Of a stretch of 64,000 nt of DNA, positions 38,372 to 46,131 are shown in pieces. The DNA is taken from positions 64,001 to 128,000 of IMG/VR virus record IMGVR_UViG_3300008116_000011. The stretch is one strand, 5' to 3'. The translations under genes were made by a program, and so were the position numbers. How positions within the stretch are numbered: the stretch's first letter is position 1; every line of letters begins with the position of its first letter. Origin of the DNA: a virus. The notes under the pieces were generated by a model. The model saw only the letters and a list, made by a program, of their open reading frames with translations. It searched no databases and was not told the DNA's origin.

Positions 38372-39261
38372 TATACATTTAATGTTTTATTCCAAGCTGC
38401 AATATGCAAACGAGTCAATCCTCTAAATTTATACTTTTTAGCCATTTCAAGAACAAATTGAGTACGCTCTTCAAAATTAGCTACATCATCTAGTCCTGGC
38501 ATACAAACCACGTTGGAAAGAGGTATATTAAGTGGTACGATAAAGTCGCTAAAAATCTCGTGTACATCTTCTTCATTGGATATAACAAATTTAAATTGAT
38601 AGTTTCTATGTTCCATAATACGTTTAAGAGCAGCTTCGTTAAAGCGTTGACTCTTACTCATTCCTGAGTTTGCTAACTTAGGTGAACAGTTGATTTGGTC
38701 TAAATAATCGAATAATAGTTCATCAATTACTACAGTACCATTTGTTTCAATTTCATTAAAAGCTGTTACTTTTCTAACTTTAGATGATTCACCTGTTTCT
38801 AAGTTATATTTTGTAAAAATATTTTTTACGCTAGGATCCTGGTTAATCCAATATTCAAAGAAGTTACAAATTGCTTGTTGGTGTCCTTTAATTGTAGGTT
38901 CACCACCAGTCCAAATAATATGAATAGTACCGTTTTTAATATCATCATAGATACCTTCTTCTTTCCACCTATCAATTAGATATTGGAATTCTTTATCTTC
39001 ACCTCTCCACAACCATTGGCTTGTAGAATCACAAGTCCAAGTTGCTTTACCTTCTTTAACTAAATCACCTTCGAATATTTCTCCGTCCTCTAAATTTTGA
39101 TCTTTCATTAATTGATTTGCAAATTGACGGCTCATACCGCAAGTCAAGTTACAAATACCTAAACGAACAAAGTAAGAGGGCACACCTGAGGAGATACCCT
39201 CGCCTTGGACAGAGTAGAAGTCGGAACTTATTAATAGCTTATTCGGATCAATTTTACTCAT
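38371..39261 (-). CDS. queE: 7-carboxy-7-deazaguanine synthase (radical SAM)
   Basis: FYSVQGEG, FVRL..CNL.C, CDS, TGGEP, IETNG, SPKL, KFV, RLH. Confidence 0.92.
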   Translation of the reverse strand: MSKIDPNKLLISSDFYSVQGEGISSGVPSYFVRLGICNLTCGMSRQFANQLMKDQNLEDGEIFEGDLVKEGKATWTCDSTSQWLWRGEDKEFQYLIDRWKEEGIYDDIKNGTIHIIWTGGEPTIKGHQQAICNFFEYWINQDPSVKNIFTKYNLETGESSKVRKVTAFNEIETNGTVVIDELLFDYLDQINCSPKLANSGMSKSQRFNEAALKRIMEHRNYQFKFVISNEEDVHEIFSDFIVPLNIPLSNVVCMPGLDDVANFEERTQFVLEMAKKYKFRGLTRLHIAAWNKTLNV

Positions 39262-39383
39262 TTAAATAATGTTTTTATATAACTAAATATAGGACTAAAG
39301 TTTTGCCAATCCAAAATTACTGATAGTATGTTGAAATGTTTTTCTCCACATAGTCCTAATATATGTTGTATTTCGTGAATCAT
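39258..39383 (-). CDS. 41-aa microprotein
   Basis: Not in the track. MIHEIQHILGLCGEKHFNILSVILDWQNFSPIFSYIKTLFK; ATGA overlap with the queE start. Confidence 0.5.
   Translation of the reverse strand: MIHEIQHILGLCGEKHFNILSVILDWQNFSPIFSYIKTLFK
39284..39315 (-). promoter_or_regulatory. Bacteroidota-type promoter for queE
   Basis: TTTG-N20-TATATTTA. Confidence 0.7.
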
Positions 39384-39395
39384 AATTAATTAATT

Positions 39396-39427
39396 AAAGA
39401 AGGTCCCAACAATTAAGTTGGGACCTT
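39396..39427 (-). terminator. intrinsic terminator
   Basis: AAGGTCCCAAC/GTTGGGACCTT stem followed by a T-rich tail on the minus strand. Confidence 0.75.
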
Positions 39428-39434
39428 AGTTAAA

Positions 39435-39647
39435 TTAGGCAGTTGGCAACTGGCTGTTTTTTACGCGGCGGCGTGAAATAGAATACATTGCATTTGCAAG
39501 TACTTCATTTACTGTTCTTTCTCCTGCTTTAACATAATTGATAAAACGGGTTGTGAAACCAGTAGTTTCAGCAAGGCGAGTAGTGTCACCTTTGCGTTCG
39601 CGAGCCATGTAAAATGCTAATTTCGCTGTGCGATTCAATTTACTCAT
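39435..39647 (-). CDS. small basic HTH (Cro/XRE-like) protein
   Basis: RLAETTGFTTRFINYVKAGER HTH pattern; monocistronic. Confidence 0.6.
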   Translation of the reverse strand: MSKLNRTAKLAFYMARERKGDTTRLAETTGFTTRFINYVKAGERTVNEVLANAMYSISRRRVKNSQLPTA

Positions 39648-39683
39648 AACAATTTTTGTTTGTTTAACAATTTATTTACAATG

Positions 39684-39715
39684 TAAATATATAGACAGTA
39701 AATTGGGTTTCCAAA
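39684..39715 (-). promoter_or_regulatory. Bacteroidota-type promoter for the HTH gene
   Basis: TTTG-N20-TATATTTA. Confidence 0.7.
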
Positions 39716-39719
39716 AGAG

Positions 39720-39791
39720 TTGTTGTACCAAGATTCGAACTTAGTCTTTATGTTCCGGAAACATACGTGCTATCCCTTACACTATACAACA
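39720..39791 (-). tRNA. tRNA-Arg(CCG)
   Basis: Folded by hand: acceptor TGTTGTA/TACAACA, D arm GTGT/GCAC, anticodon arm TATGT-TTCCGGA-ACATA, T arm CTAAG-TTCGAAT-CTTGG, A73, no encoded CCA. Confidence 0.85.
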
Positions 39792-39795
39792 AAGG

Positions 39796-39830
39796 AATAA
39801 AAAAAGGGACTGATTAGGTCCCTTTTTATT
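39796..39830. terminator. bidirectional intrinsic terminator
   Basis: AAAAAGGGAC-N7-GTCCCTTTTT. Confidence 0.75.
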
Positions 39831-39923
39831 GAGTACACCTTTCGGTGGTTTGAACAACTCGCAAAGGGTTCTTTGTATAAGCTCAAACCAGGTTCTTTGT
39901 ATAAGCTCAAACCACGGAGTACT
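39831..39923 (-). ncRNA. candidate structured ncRNA segment
   Basis: AGTAC/GTACT closing stem, 11-bp GTGGTTTGAGC/GTTCAAACCAC stem, CACC-GAAA-GGTG tetraloop. Confidence 0.45.
39867..39914. repeat. perfect 24-bp tandem duplication
   Basis: GGTTCTTTGTATAAGCTCAAACCA x2 with no spacer. Confidence 0.95.
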
Positions 39924-39938
39924 TAAGTTTCCGAAGCT

Positions 39939-40013
39939 TGGAGCCACCAGTCAGGCTTGATCTGACACCTCTCCCGGTCGGAGTGGGAGGCTTCTACATT
40001 GAACTATGGCGGC
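39939..40013 (-). tRNA. atypical tRNA-like RNA (CCG-centred loop, U73, encoded CCA)
   Basis: GCCGCCA/TGGTGGC-T-CCA acceptor; CTCCC-ACTCCGACC-GGGAG anticodon arm; GTCAG-ATCAAGC-CTGAC T arm; no GG in the D loop. Confidence 0.7.
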
Positions 40014-40125
40014 GAGTATCTTTTAAAGGATACTCAAACCTGCCTTGCGACAGTTTATTCGAGTTGTCTGCTCTAGATAGCTATAAAAACCGATTTGGTC
40101 GGTAAGGATTGATCTATCTAGTCCC
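40014..40125 (-). ncRNA. candidate structured ncRNA segment
   Basis: CTAGATAG/CTATCTAG stem enclosing ACCGA/TCGGT, a GACA/TGTC hairpin, and a GAGTATC/GATACTC hairpin; downstream of TATTTATA at 40148-40155. Confidence 0.45.
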
Positions 40126-40162
40126 TTTGTTGTTTGCTTAGTGCGTATATAAATATATAATA

Positions 40163-40522
40163 TTATCCAAAAACAGCTACTCCTACTACAGTTCCTATAG
40201 AAGCACAAATTACAAATACTATTTGGTCTACTCTAGTTCCGTAAGTTACCCTTTGCACATTTAATGCAAATGAAATCCAGAAAAAGAAAGCTACAAAAAA
40301 TAGACCAATATCTGCTTGCATTGTTTCATTAGCCCATCTAGCACTAATATTACTTCTCATAAATGCATGAATAAATGCTGACATAAATGCTACTACAAAT
40401 GTAATAGGATTATAACTATTTACTTTAAGATACTCAGTAAATAATGATTTATTACCTTGTGTTAGTATCTTTTTTGCTTTTGGCTTTTTTCGAGGTTGTA
40501 ATTGATTATTTTCCATATTCAT
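40163..40522 (-). CDS. 3-TM hypothetical membrane protein
   Basis: Hydrophobic segments. Confidence 0.55.
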   Translation of the reverse strand: MNMENNQLQPRKKPKAKKILTQGNKSLFTEYLKVNSYNPITFVVAFMSAFIHAFMRSNISARWANETMQADIGLFFVAFFFWISFALNVQRVTYGTRVDQIVFVICASIGTVVGVAVFG

Positions 40523-41333
40523 TTAAAACTTTTTCTACGTGTGCTTTAGCTACTTCCCAAGATACAGGACCTGTTTCATCAGCATACTCTACAGAATCCG
40601 GACGACCCAATTTGATAAATGCTTCAATACGTTCTACTGATGCTGCTGATTTGTAGTCAGAATACCATTTACCTTCAAAATCAGACCATGGATGTTTAAT
40701 AAAGATTGGTTTATAAGATGTATTAGTACGTTTATACACTTCATTAAAATCTAAACCTAATATTTCACAAGCTTTTAAACCATCTTCTAAAATATCAAAT
40801 TTATTCATTTCAAGATATGGAGTATAATGTGATATTCTTTCAGCATCCCAATTACCAATCATAAACGCTTCAAAATCAGCATCACGGAATTCTTGTCTAC
40901 AATCAGGATAAATTGCATGGTCACCAGCATGAATACCCATTGCAATAGCACATTCAGTACTATGTTTAGTTGCTATAGATAATGCTACTGCTTGTATAAG
41001 TGAAGCAAAAATTTTATTACGATTAGGAACAACAGTATCTTTCATGTTGTCTTGTTCGTAATGTCCTTCAGGTACATCCCACCCACCTTCAACTAATGCT
41101 GAGTTGAGTAGTTGAGATAGGCCATCAATTTTGATTATTTGGTGTTTTACTTTGTAAACTAGTCTAGTGTTTACATATTCAACTAATGAAGTTGCTCGTT
41201 CAAGTTCTACTCTATGTTTTTGACCATAATCAAAAGATAGAGCTGTTACTTGATAACCATTTGCTAATAGGTGGAGGAGTAAAGTTGATGAATCCATTCC
41301 ACCTGACAGTGATAATACTGCTTGTTTTTTCAT
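40506..41333 (-). CDS. queC: 7-cyano-7-deazaguanine synthase
   Basis: SGGMDS, FDYGQKH..E, VPNRN, GIHAGD, YPDCR. Confidence 0.93.
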   Translation of the reverse strand: MKKQAVLSLSGGMDSSTLLLHLLANGYQVTALSFDYGQKHRVELERATSLVEYVNTRLVYKVKHQIIKIDGLSQLLNSALVEGGWDVPEGHYEQDNMKDTVVPNRNKIFASLIQAVALSIATKHSTECAIAMGIHAGDHAIYPDCRQEFRDADFEAFMIGNWDAERISHYTPYLEMNKFDILEDGLKACEILGLDFNEVYKRTNTSYKPIFIKHPWSDFEGKWYSDYKSAASVERIEAFIKLGRPDSVEYADETGPVSWEVAKAHVEKVLNEYGK

Positions 41334-41376
41334 TTAAAATAATTGTTAAAATTTAGGCGGTATTTTAACGTTTAGC

Positions 41377-42168
41377 CTATTTAATAAACGATTTAAACTT
41401 TTGTACGTTGAATTTAATATCATCTAATTGGGTATCCAAATTCTTTTCAAAATAATGTTCGAGCTTATCTTTAGGTTTAAAGGTAATTCCACTATTAGAA
41501 TATCTTACTCCTTCAGCTCCAACTAGAATTGGATTTGATGTATCACATGAATTAACAAATTTCCAATCACTATAAGCCATAAATTCTTGAGGCAAAGAGC
41601 AACCAAGCAAATGGTGATAGCAGCTTGTATCTATAATATTTTTTTCTACTAATCGCCTAATAAATTCCATTCTACCATACATTTGGGCTTTTAGTATAGG
41701 CATTTCACCTGGATATTCTTTTTGGTATGCTGCACTGGAGTGGTTGAGTGCAATGTATTTGTATCCTAAATCAATTAATGTTTGATATGTAATTATTAAT
41801 TCACCCATATCTTTACCTTGGCATACAGCCATTAATTCAACATCTAATTCTCTCAGTTTTTCTCCATAGTTATTCATCCAATGTTTAGCATTTCTAAGAG
41901 TAGTAATGCTATCATTCCAAGCATCAGGAACAATGAATATATTTGGTTGTAGTAATTCGATTTTTGAAAGTAAATCTTCTGTTGTATGTGTTACTCCTTC
42001 AAATAATCCATTATCCATAATAATGAATCGTTTATCTTTTTTAGATTTTTGAAAGAATAAATTATACTGTTGTGATTGATCTAACAAATGAGGGAGGCAG
42101 TAATCATAGTCATTCCACTCATAAGCATATTGTAGTAGACTAAGAGGTAATTCGTGTGATACTTTCAT
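41377..42168 (-). CDS. dpdA: TGT-fold transglycosylase, DpdA-like
   Basis: MDNG, VPD, VCQG, HLLG, SCDTS motifs in TGT order; directly upstream of queC. Confidence 0.7.
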   Translation of the reverse strand: MKVSHELPLSLLQYAYEWNDYDYCLPHLLDQSQQYNLFFQKSKKDKRFIIMDNGLFEGVTHTTEDLLSKIELLQPNIFIVPDAWNDSITTLRNAKHWMNNYGEKLRELDVELMAVCQGKDMGELIITYQTLIDLGYKYIALNHSSAAYQKEYPGEMPILKAQMYGRMEFIRRLVEKNIIDTSCYHHLLGCSLPQEFMAYSDWKFVNSCDTSNPILVGAEGVRYSNSGITFKPKDKLEHYFEKNLDTQLDDIKFNVQKFKSFIK

Positions 42169-42175
42169 ATAGCTA

Positions 42176-42454
42176 TTAAAATATTTTATTATTATTTTCC
42201 TCCTCAGCCATTCTAAAACTATCTTCCATTAATTGAGTATTAATATCGGTAAAATCAGTATCAATGAATATTTTTTCAGCTTCGAAATATTCATTCAAAA
42301 ATTCTTCAGGATATAAAAGTACTTCCCCTGTATATTTTGGGTTTGAAACAAAACGTTTTTCTGGGGTAATGTTTTTTAACTTAGCATAGCCTGCTACTCG
42401 TTTACCCAATGCAGGGCCAGCAGCATATCCTAAATAATCATAAAGCGAAACCAT
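42176..42454 (-). CDS. hypothetical phage protein
   Basis: SLYDYLG.AAG...G..V, Y.G.V.LYP. Confidence 0.6.
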   Translation of the reverse strand: MVSLYDYLGYAAGPALGKRVAGYAKLKNITPEKRFVSNPKYTGEVLLYPEEFLNEYFEAEKIFIDTDFTDINTQLMEDSFRMAEEENNNKIF

Positions 42455-42466
42455 AATTATATGTTT

Positions 42467-42709
42467 TTAACTTAGTAATTGAATATAATAACTTTTTGGT
42501 TGGGGACCTACCTTTCTTTCAGTTTCCTTTCCATTAACTAATAAAATAGTTGTTGGAATAGAAGTAATTCCATATTCACGAGCAATTTCAGGTTGATTGT
42601 CTATATTAATTTTTTTAATAGGATATTGTGTTGATAATTCATCTAAAATAGGACCTAGTGCTCTACAAGGACCACACCAGGGTGCAGAAAAGTAAAGTAA
42701 TTGTTTCAT
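42467..42709 (-). CDS. thioredoxin
   Basis: WCGPC, SIPT. Confidence 0.95.
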   Translation of the reverse strand: MKQLLYFSAPWCGPCRALGPILDELSTQYPIKKINIDNQPEIAREYGITSIPTTILLVNGKETERKVGPQPKSYYIQLLS

Positions 42710-42957
42710 TGGTATCGTTTTAGTTTTCTTTTTAATTTATCAATTTGTATTTGGCAGTACCATTTTCCCATATTACTAGAGGCTTCATCATACTTTTTCT
42801 GCCATTTATCAATTTTTTTATAAATAGAAGCGTTTGCATTATTAAGAATGTCTATATCATAATAGCTATTATTTTCCAACATAGCTTCTTCCCATTCTTC
42901 TTTTTTAGTTTTACTCATATATAGCAGTATTTTTGTTATGCTCCATAAATTCAACAC
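42706..42957 (-). CDS. hypothetical protein (true start possibly the internal MSKTKK)
   Basis: ORF between queD and thioredoxin. Confidence 0.5.
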   Translation of the reverse strand: MLNLWSITKILLYMSKTKKEEWEEAMLENNSYYDIDILNNANASIYKKIDKWQKKYDEASSNMGKWYCQIQIDKLKRKLKRYQ

Positions 42958-43372
42958 GTGCTACCTTAACTCGTCCATTTGTTTCCTCCTGGATAAATGT
43001 ATTTAGTTTTTCAAATATATATTTTGCAAATTGTTCAGCACCAACAGCAGGAATAACTCTAATTTGAGCAGCGCCTACTTTATCCATTTCAAGGAATGCA
43101 GGTAAAAACGGATCATCTTCGGCTATAATAGTAGTGTGATCAAACATGTAATCCATCCATGCTTTAGGATTCTTACCATCAATAGTACCTTTAGCACGTT
43201 TCATACCTCCAAAATCCCAAACCCAATTACGTTCATCAAGTTCACCTTCGAACCATACTCTAAACGATACTCCATAACCATGGATATATTTGCAGTGTGT
43301 ACCTTCGGCTCTCCATTGTCTAAAAACACAACTAAAACCGTCAAATAACTTTGTTGATTGAAACTTTGGCAT
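42911..43372 (-). CDS. queD: 6-carboxytetrahydropterin synthase
   Basis: HCKYIHGY, WVWDFG, FDH, AE, C-terminal E...N.A. Confidence 0.9.
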   Translation of the reverse strand: MPKFQSTKLFDGFSCVFRQWRAEGTHCKYIHGYGVSFRVWFEGELDERNWVWDFGGMKRAKGTIDGKNPKAWMDYMFDHTTIIAEDDPFLPAFLEMDKVGAAQIRVIPAVGAEQFAKYIFEKLNTFIQEETNGRVKVARVEFMEHNKNTAIYE

Positions 43373-43377
43373 AACGT

Positions 43378-43554
43378 TTAATTTTCTTTATTATCTAAAT
43401 TTATTATTTTAGTATCTATATTGTTAAGTATATCAAGTAAATAATCTATATCTTTTTGTTCTAATTGTCCTCCATTAGATTTTTCGTATAATTTTTTAAC
43501 CTCATCTTCCATATTGGACATAAATGAAGATAAATCTAAAAGTTCGTTTTCCAT
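43378..43554 (-). CDS. 58-aa acidic hypothetical protein
   Basis: Not in the track. MENELLDLSSFMSNMEDEVKKLYE...; fills the gap downstream of a promoter. Confidence 0.55.
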   Translation of the reverse strand: MENELLDLSSFMSNMEDEVKKLYEKSNGGQLEQKDIDYLLDILNNIDTKIINLDNKEN

Positions 43555-43559
43555 ATATA

Positions 43560-43758
<199 letters not shown>

Positions 43759-44184
43759 TTATTTTAATTTGTAAATATCACGTATTTTATCTTTTAAATG
43801 ATTTTTCATAAAGTCTTCTACTTCTTCAAATGTATCAAATTGATAATAGTAGGTTCTATGACCTAAAGGATCCCAATCTCCATCATCTTCATATTTTTCA
43901 AGAGGATCTTTTGTCCATAAACCGGCTCCCAACCAATCTACATATTCTTCTAAATCTCCAGAAGCTACATATTTTTTAGGGGTTGGATAATTTCCAATGT
44001 CTATGTATTCTTCTTTTTTTGGGTCAAAATAAAGTAATTGAACAAATACTCCATTTATATAATCTTCATCATCTTCTATTATTTCTCCATCTTCTATTGT
44101 TACTTGAAAATCATATAAATCTTCTAGTTTATTATTGCTAAGAACGTATGTTGTTTCGTTTAATATGTCTATTAGCTTTATCAT
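43759..44184 (-). CDS. acidic hypothetical protein, possible internal head protein
   Basis: N-terminus MIKLIDILNE; TATTTATA 3 nt upstream. Confidence 0.5.
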   Translation of the reverse strand: MIKLIDILNETTYVLSNNKLEDLYDFQVTIEDGEIIEDDEDYINGVFVQLLYFDPKKEEYIDIGNYPTPKKYVASGDLEEYVDWLGAGLWTKDPLEKYEDDGDWDPLGHRTYYYQFDTFEEVEDFMKNHLKDKIRDIYKLK

Positions 44185-44195
44185 ATATATAAATA

Positions 44196-46067
44196 CTAAA
44201 CTATTTCACAGGCACCACCAGCACACGCTGCTTGATCCATCAAGGCAGTTTCATCGCTAAATTCTACTACTTTAGATAAATCAATTGAGTGAAGGTGTTG
44301 AGCCATTTCTTCAAATTGTTCTTTAGTAATATCTTCGAATGGTGCTTGAATGTAGCTACCTCCAAAATAAGGTAATACTGATAAGCCATTAAATGTTTCT
44401 TTGTATTTCCACATCCATTCACCTACTTCTTTCCATTCATTTTCTTTAATTGAAATAGTAGCGGATACGTTATTTGTATTTGCTCCTCTTCTATGGCCTT
44501 TTCTAACCCATTCTACATTGAATTTACGAACACGTTCTAACAAGTCAATAGCTGATTCTGTTCTTAAAATAGCGCCTTCTGGTGCTTTTTGAGGTACTGA
44601 AATTACAGCTTGGATTGTTGGTTTAAAGTATTCATCTTCTACTAGTTCAGGATGATGAACAGCCAAGTGAGTATATAGTGCTTCATTTTTACCTACTCTC
44701 ATTCGGCGAACATAATAATCGTTATGCCATGCATGAATACCACTTGAAGTACCTAATACTAATGATGAAGTACCAGATGGTTTAATTGTAGTAACACGAG
44801 CTGCTGTGTTAATATTTAAAATTTCAGCTACACGAGCATTTTCTACTTTAGCAATTTCAGCTGCTTCTTTTAAGTTATACTTTAATACAGCACCAGAACC
44901 AATACCTGTTTGACCAACACCAATTAAAGCGTCTTTTTCAGTTGTTTTACGCCATACATCTCTCAAGTAATGGAAATCAGTGTATGATGCTTGTAATGTA
45001 CCAATAAAGGCAGCAGCACGAGCTCTTTCATTTAGATCTTCTTGTGATTCAACATCTGAAACGTTTAATTCACATAAGTTACAGAATTGGTAAGGGCGAA
45101 GAGCAATTTCGCAACATGGGTTTGTACCCCAATCCTTATCGTTTGAAAAATAAATACCGGGTTCACCACTGCCGCTCATTTCAATTTTTTTCCACAGCTT
45201 AAAGAATTCTTCTTCTGTGATTTTGTGGCGTAACACAACGGCAGAATTGTTAGCGCGACCACGTTGAGGATTTTCTTCCCACCAATTTCCAAATTTACAC
45301 GTCAACATATCTTCATCGTTTAAATTAAACAATGAAATCAATGCTGCTCTTCTAATACCACCTGATAATACTGCATCTGCAATATGACAAATAATATCAT
45401 GTGCTTCAAGTGAAGTTACTTTATCGCCATTTTGCTTGCGATCAAATATCTTCTGAATTTGGAATAGACATTCTTTTAATGGCTCAGGACCAGGTGCTTT
45501 GCCACCTGCAGTAATTAAACGAGCCCCTTTAGGACGAATATCTCTAAAGTCAAATAATGGAAGTGGAGATCCAGTAAAATATGCTTTAACTAGTATTTTA
45601 ACTGAGTCAGCCCATCCTTCAATGCTATCACTTACTAGATAGCGTTTATGTTTGGTAGGAATTTTAATTTCAGGAAGTTGTTCAATGTGGTGTTGTTGTA
45701 CACTAAATCCTACTCCACAACCACTTAACAATAAAAACATTGTTTCGCTAAATGAACGATAATCATCTACAGGTAAATAAGCACAATTGTAAATACGTGC
45801 ATTATTAATTTCAATTGGTTTACCAGCAAATTGTAATGAACGCATTGATGGTAAAATCTTTTTTGCATATACTAATTCATATGCTTTTTCAATTTCATCT
45901 TTTAAATTTGGAAACTTAGATATATGCATATCCTTATTTCTCGTAACTATTTCGTCCCATGTTTCTCTCCTTTCTAATTCAGGAATATACTTTGCGTACT
46001 TGTTATAAACTGTAATGTCAGAGAGAATGCTCACCGAAGGATGAACGTCATGTTTTCCTTTGTCCAT
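44196..46067 (-). CDS. nrdJ: class II (B12-dependent) ribonucleotide reductase
   Basis: YNC, GVGFS, GGIRRAALI, TNPCCEI, FCNL, TIKPSGT, C-terminal ACAGGACEI. Confidence 0.9.
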   Translation of the reverse strand: MDKGKHDVHPSVSILSDITVYNKYAKYIPELERRETWDEIVTRNKDMHISKFPNLKDEIEKAYELVYAKKILPSMRSLQFAGKPIEINNARIYNCAYLPVDDYRSFSETMFLLLSGCGVGFSVQQHHIEQLPEIKIPTKHKRYLVSDSIEGWADSVKILVKAYFTGSPLPLFDFRDIRPKGARLITAGGKAPGPEPLKECLFQIQKIFDRKQNGDKVTSLEAHDIICHIADAVLSGGIRRAALISLFNLNDEDMLTCKFGNWWEENPQRGRANNSAVVLRHKITEEEFFKLWKKIEMSGSGEPGIYFSNDKDWGTNPCCEIALRPYQFCNLCELNVSDVESQEDLNERARAAAFIGTLQASYTDFHYLRDVWRKTTEKDALIGVGQTGIGSGAVLKYNLKEAAEIAKVENARVAEILNINTAARVTTIKPSGTSSLVLGTSSGIHAWHNDYYVRRMRVGKNEALYTHLAVHHPELVEDEYFKPTIQAVISVPQKAPEGAILRTESAIDLLERVRKFNVEWVRKGHRRGANTNNVSATISIKENEWKEVGEWMWKYKETFNGLSVLPYFGGSYIQAPFEDITKEQFEEMAQHLHSIDLSKVVEFSDETALMDQAACAGGACEIV

Positions 46068-46131
46068 AGCTGGTTCAGATTTTATGTTTTGTAATTCTTA
46101 AAGTGTGCCAATAAATACAATATATACAACA

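Noticed and set aside
39867-39914. CRISPR mini-array
   Set aside because: The two repeats are directly adjacent with no spacer, and there are no cas genes nearby.
40023-40208. 61-aa minus-strand ORF
   Set aside because: Overlaps the preceding gene, crosses a promoter motif and lies over a hairpin-rich region better explained as ncRNA.
41354-41379. TAGGC/GCCTA inverted repeat between dpdA-like and queC as a riboswitch or terminator
   Set aside because: Only a 5-bp stem with a long loop and no preQ1-riboswitch consensus; insufficient support.
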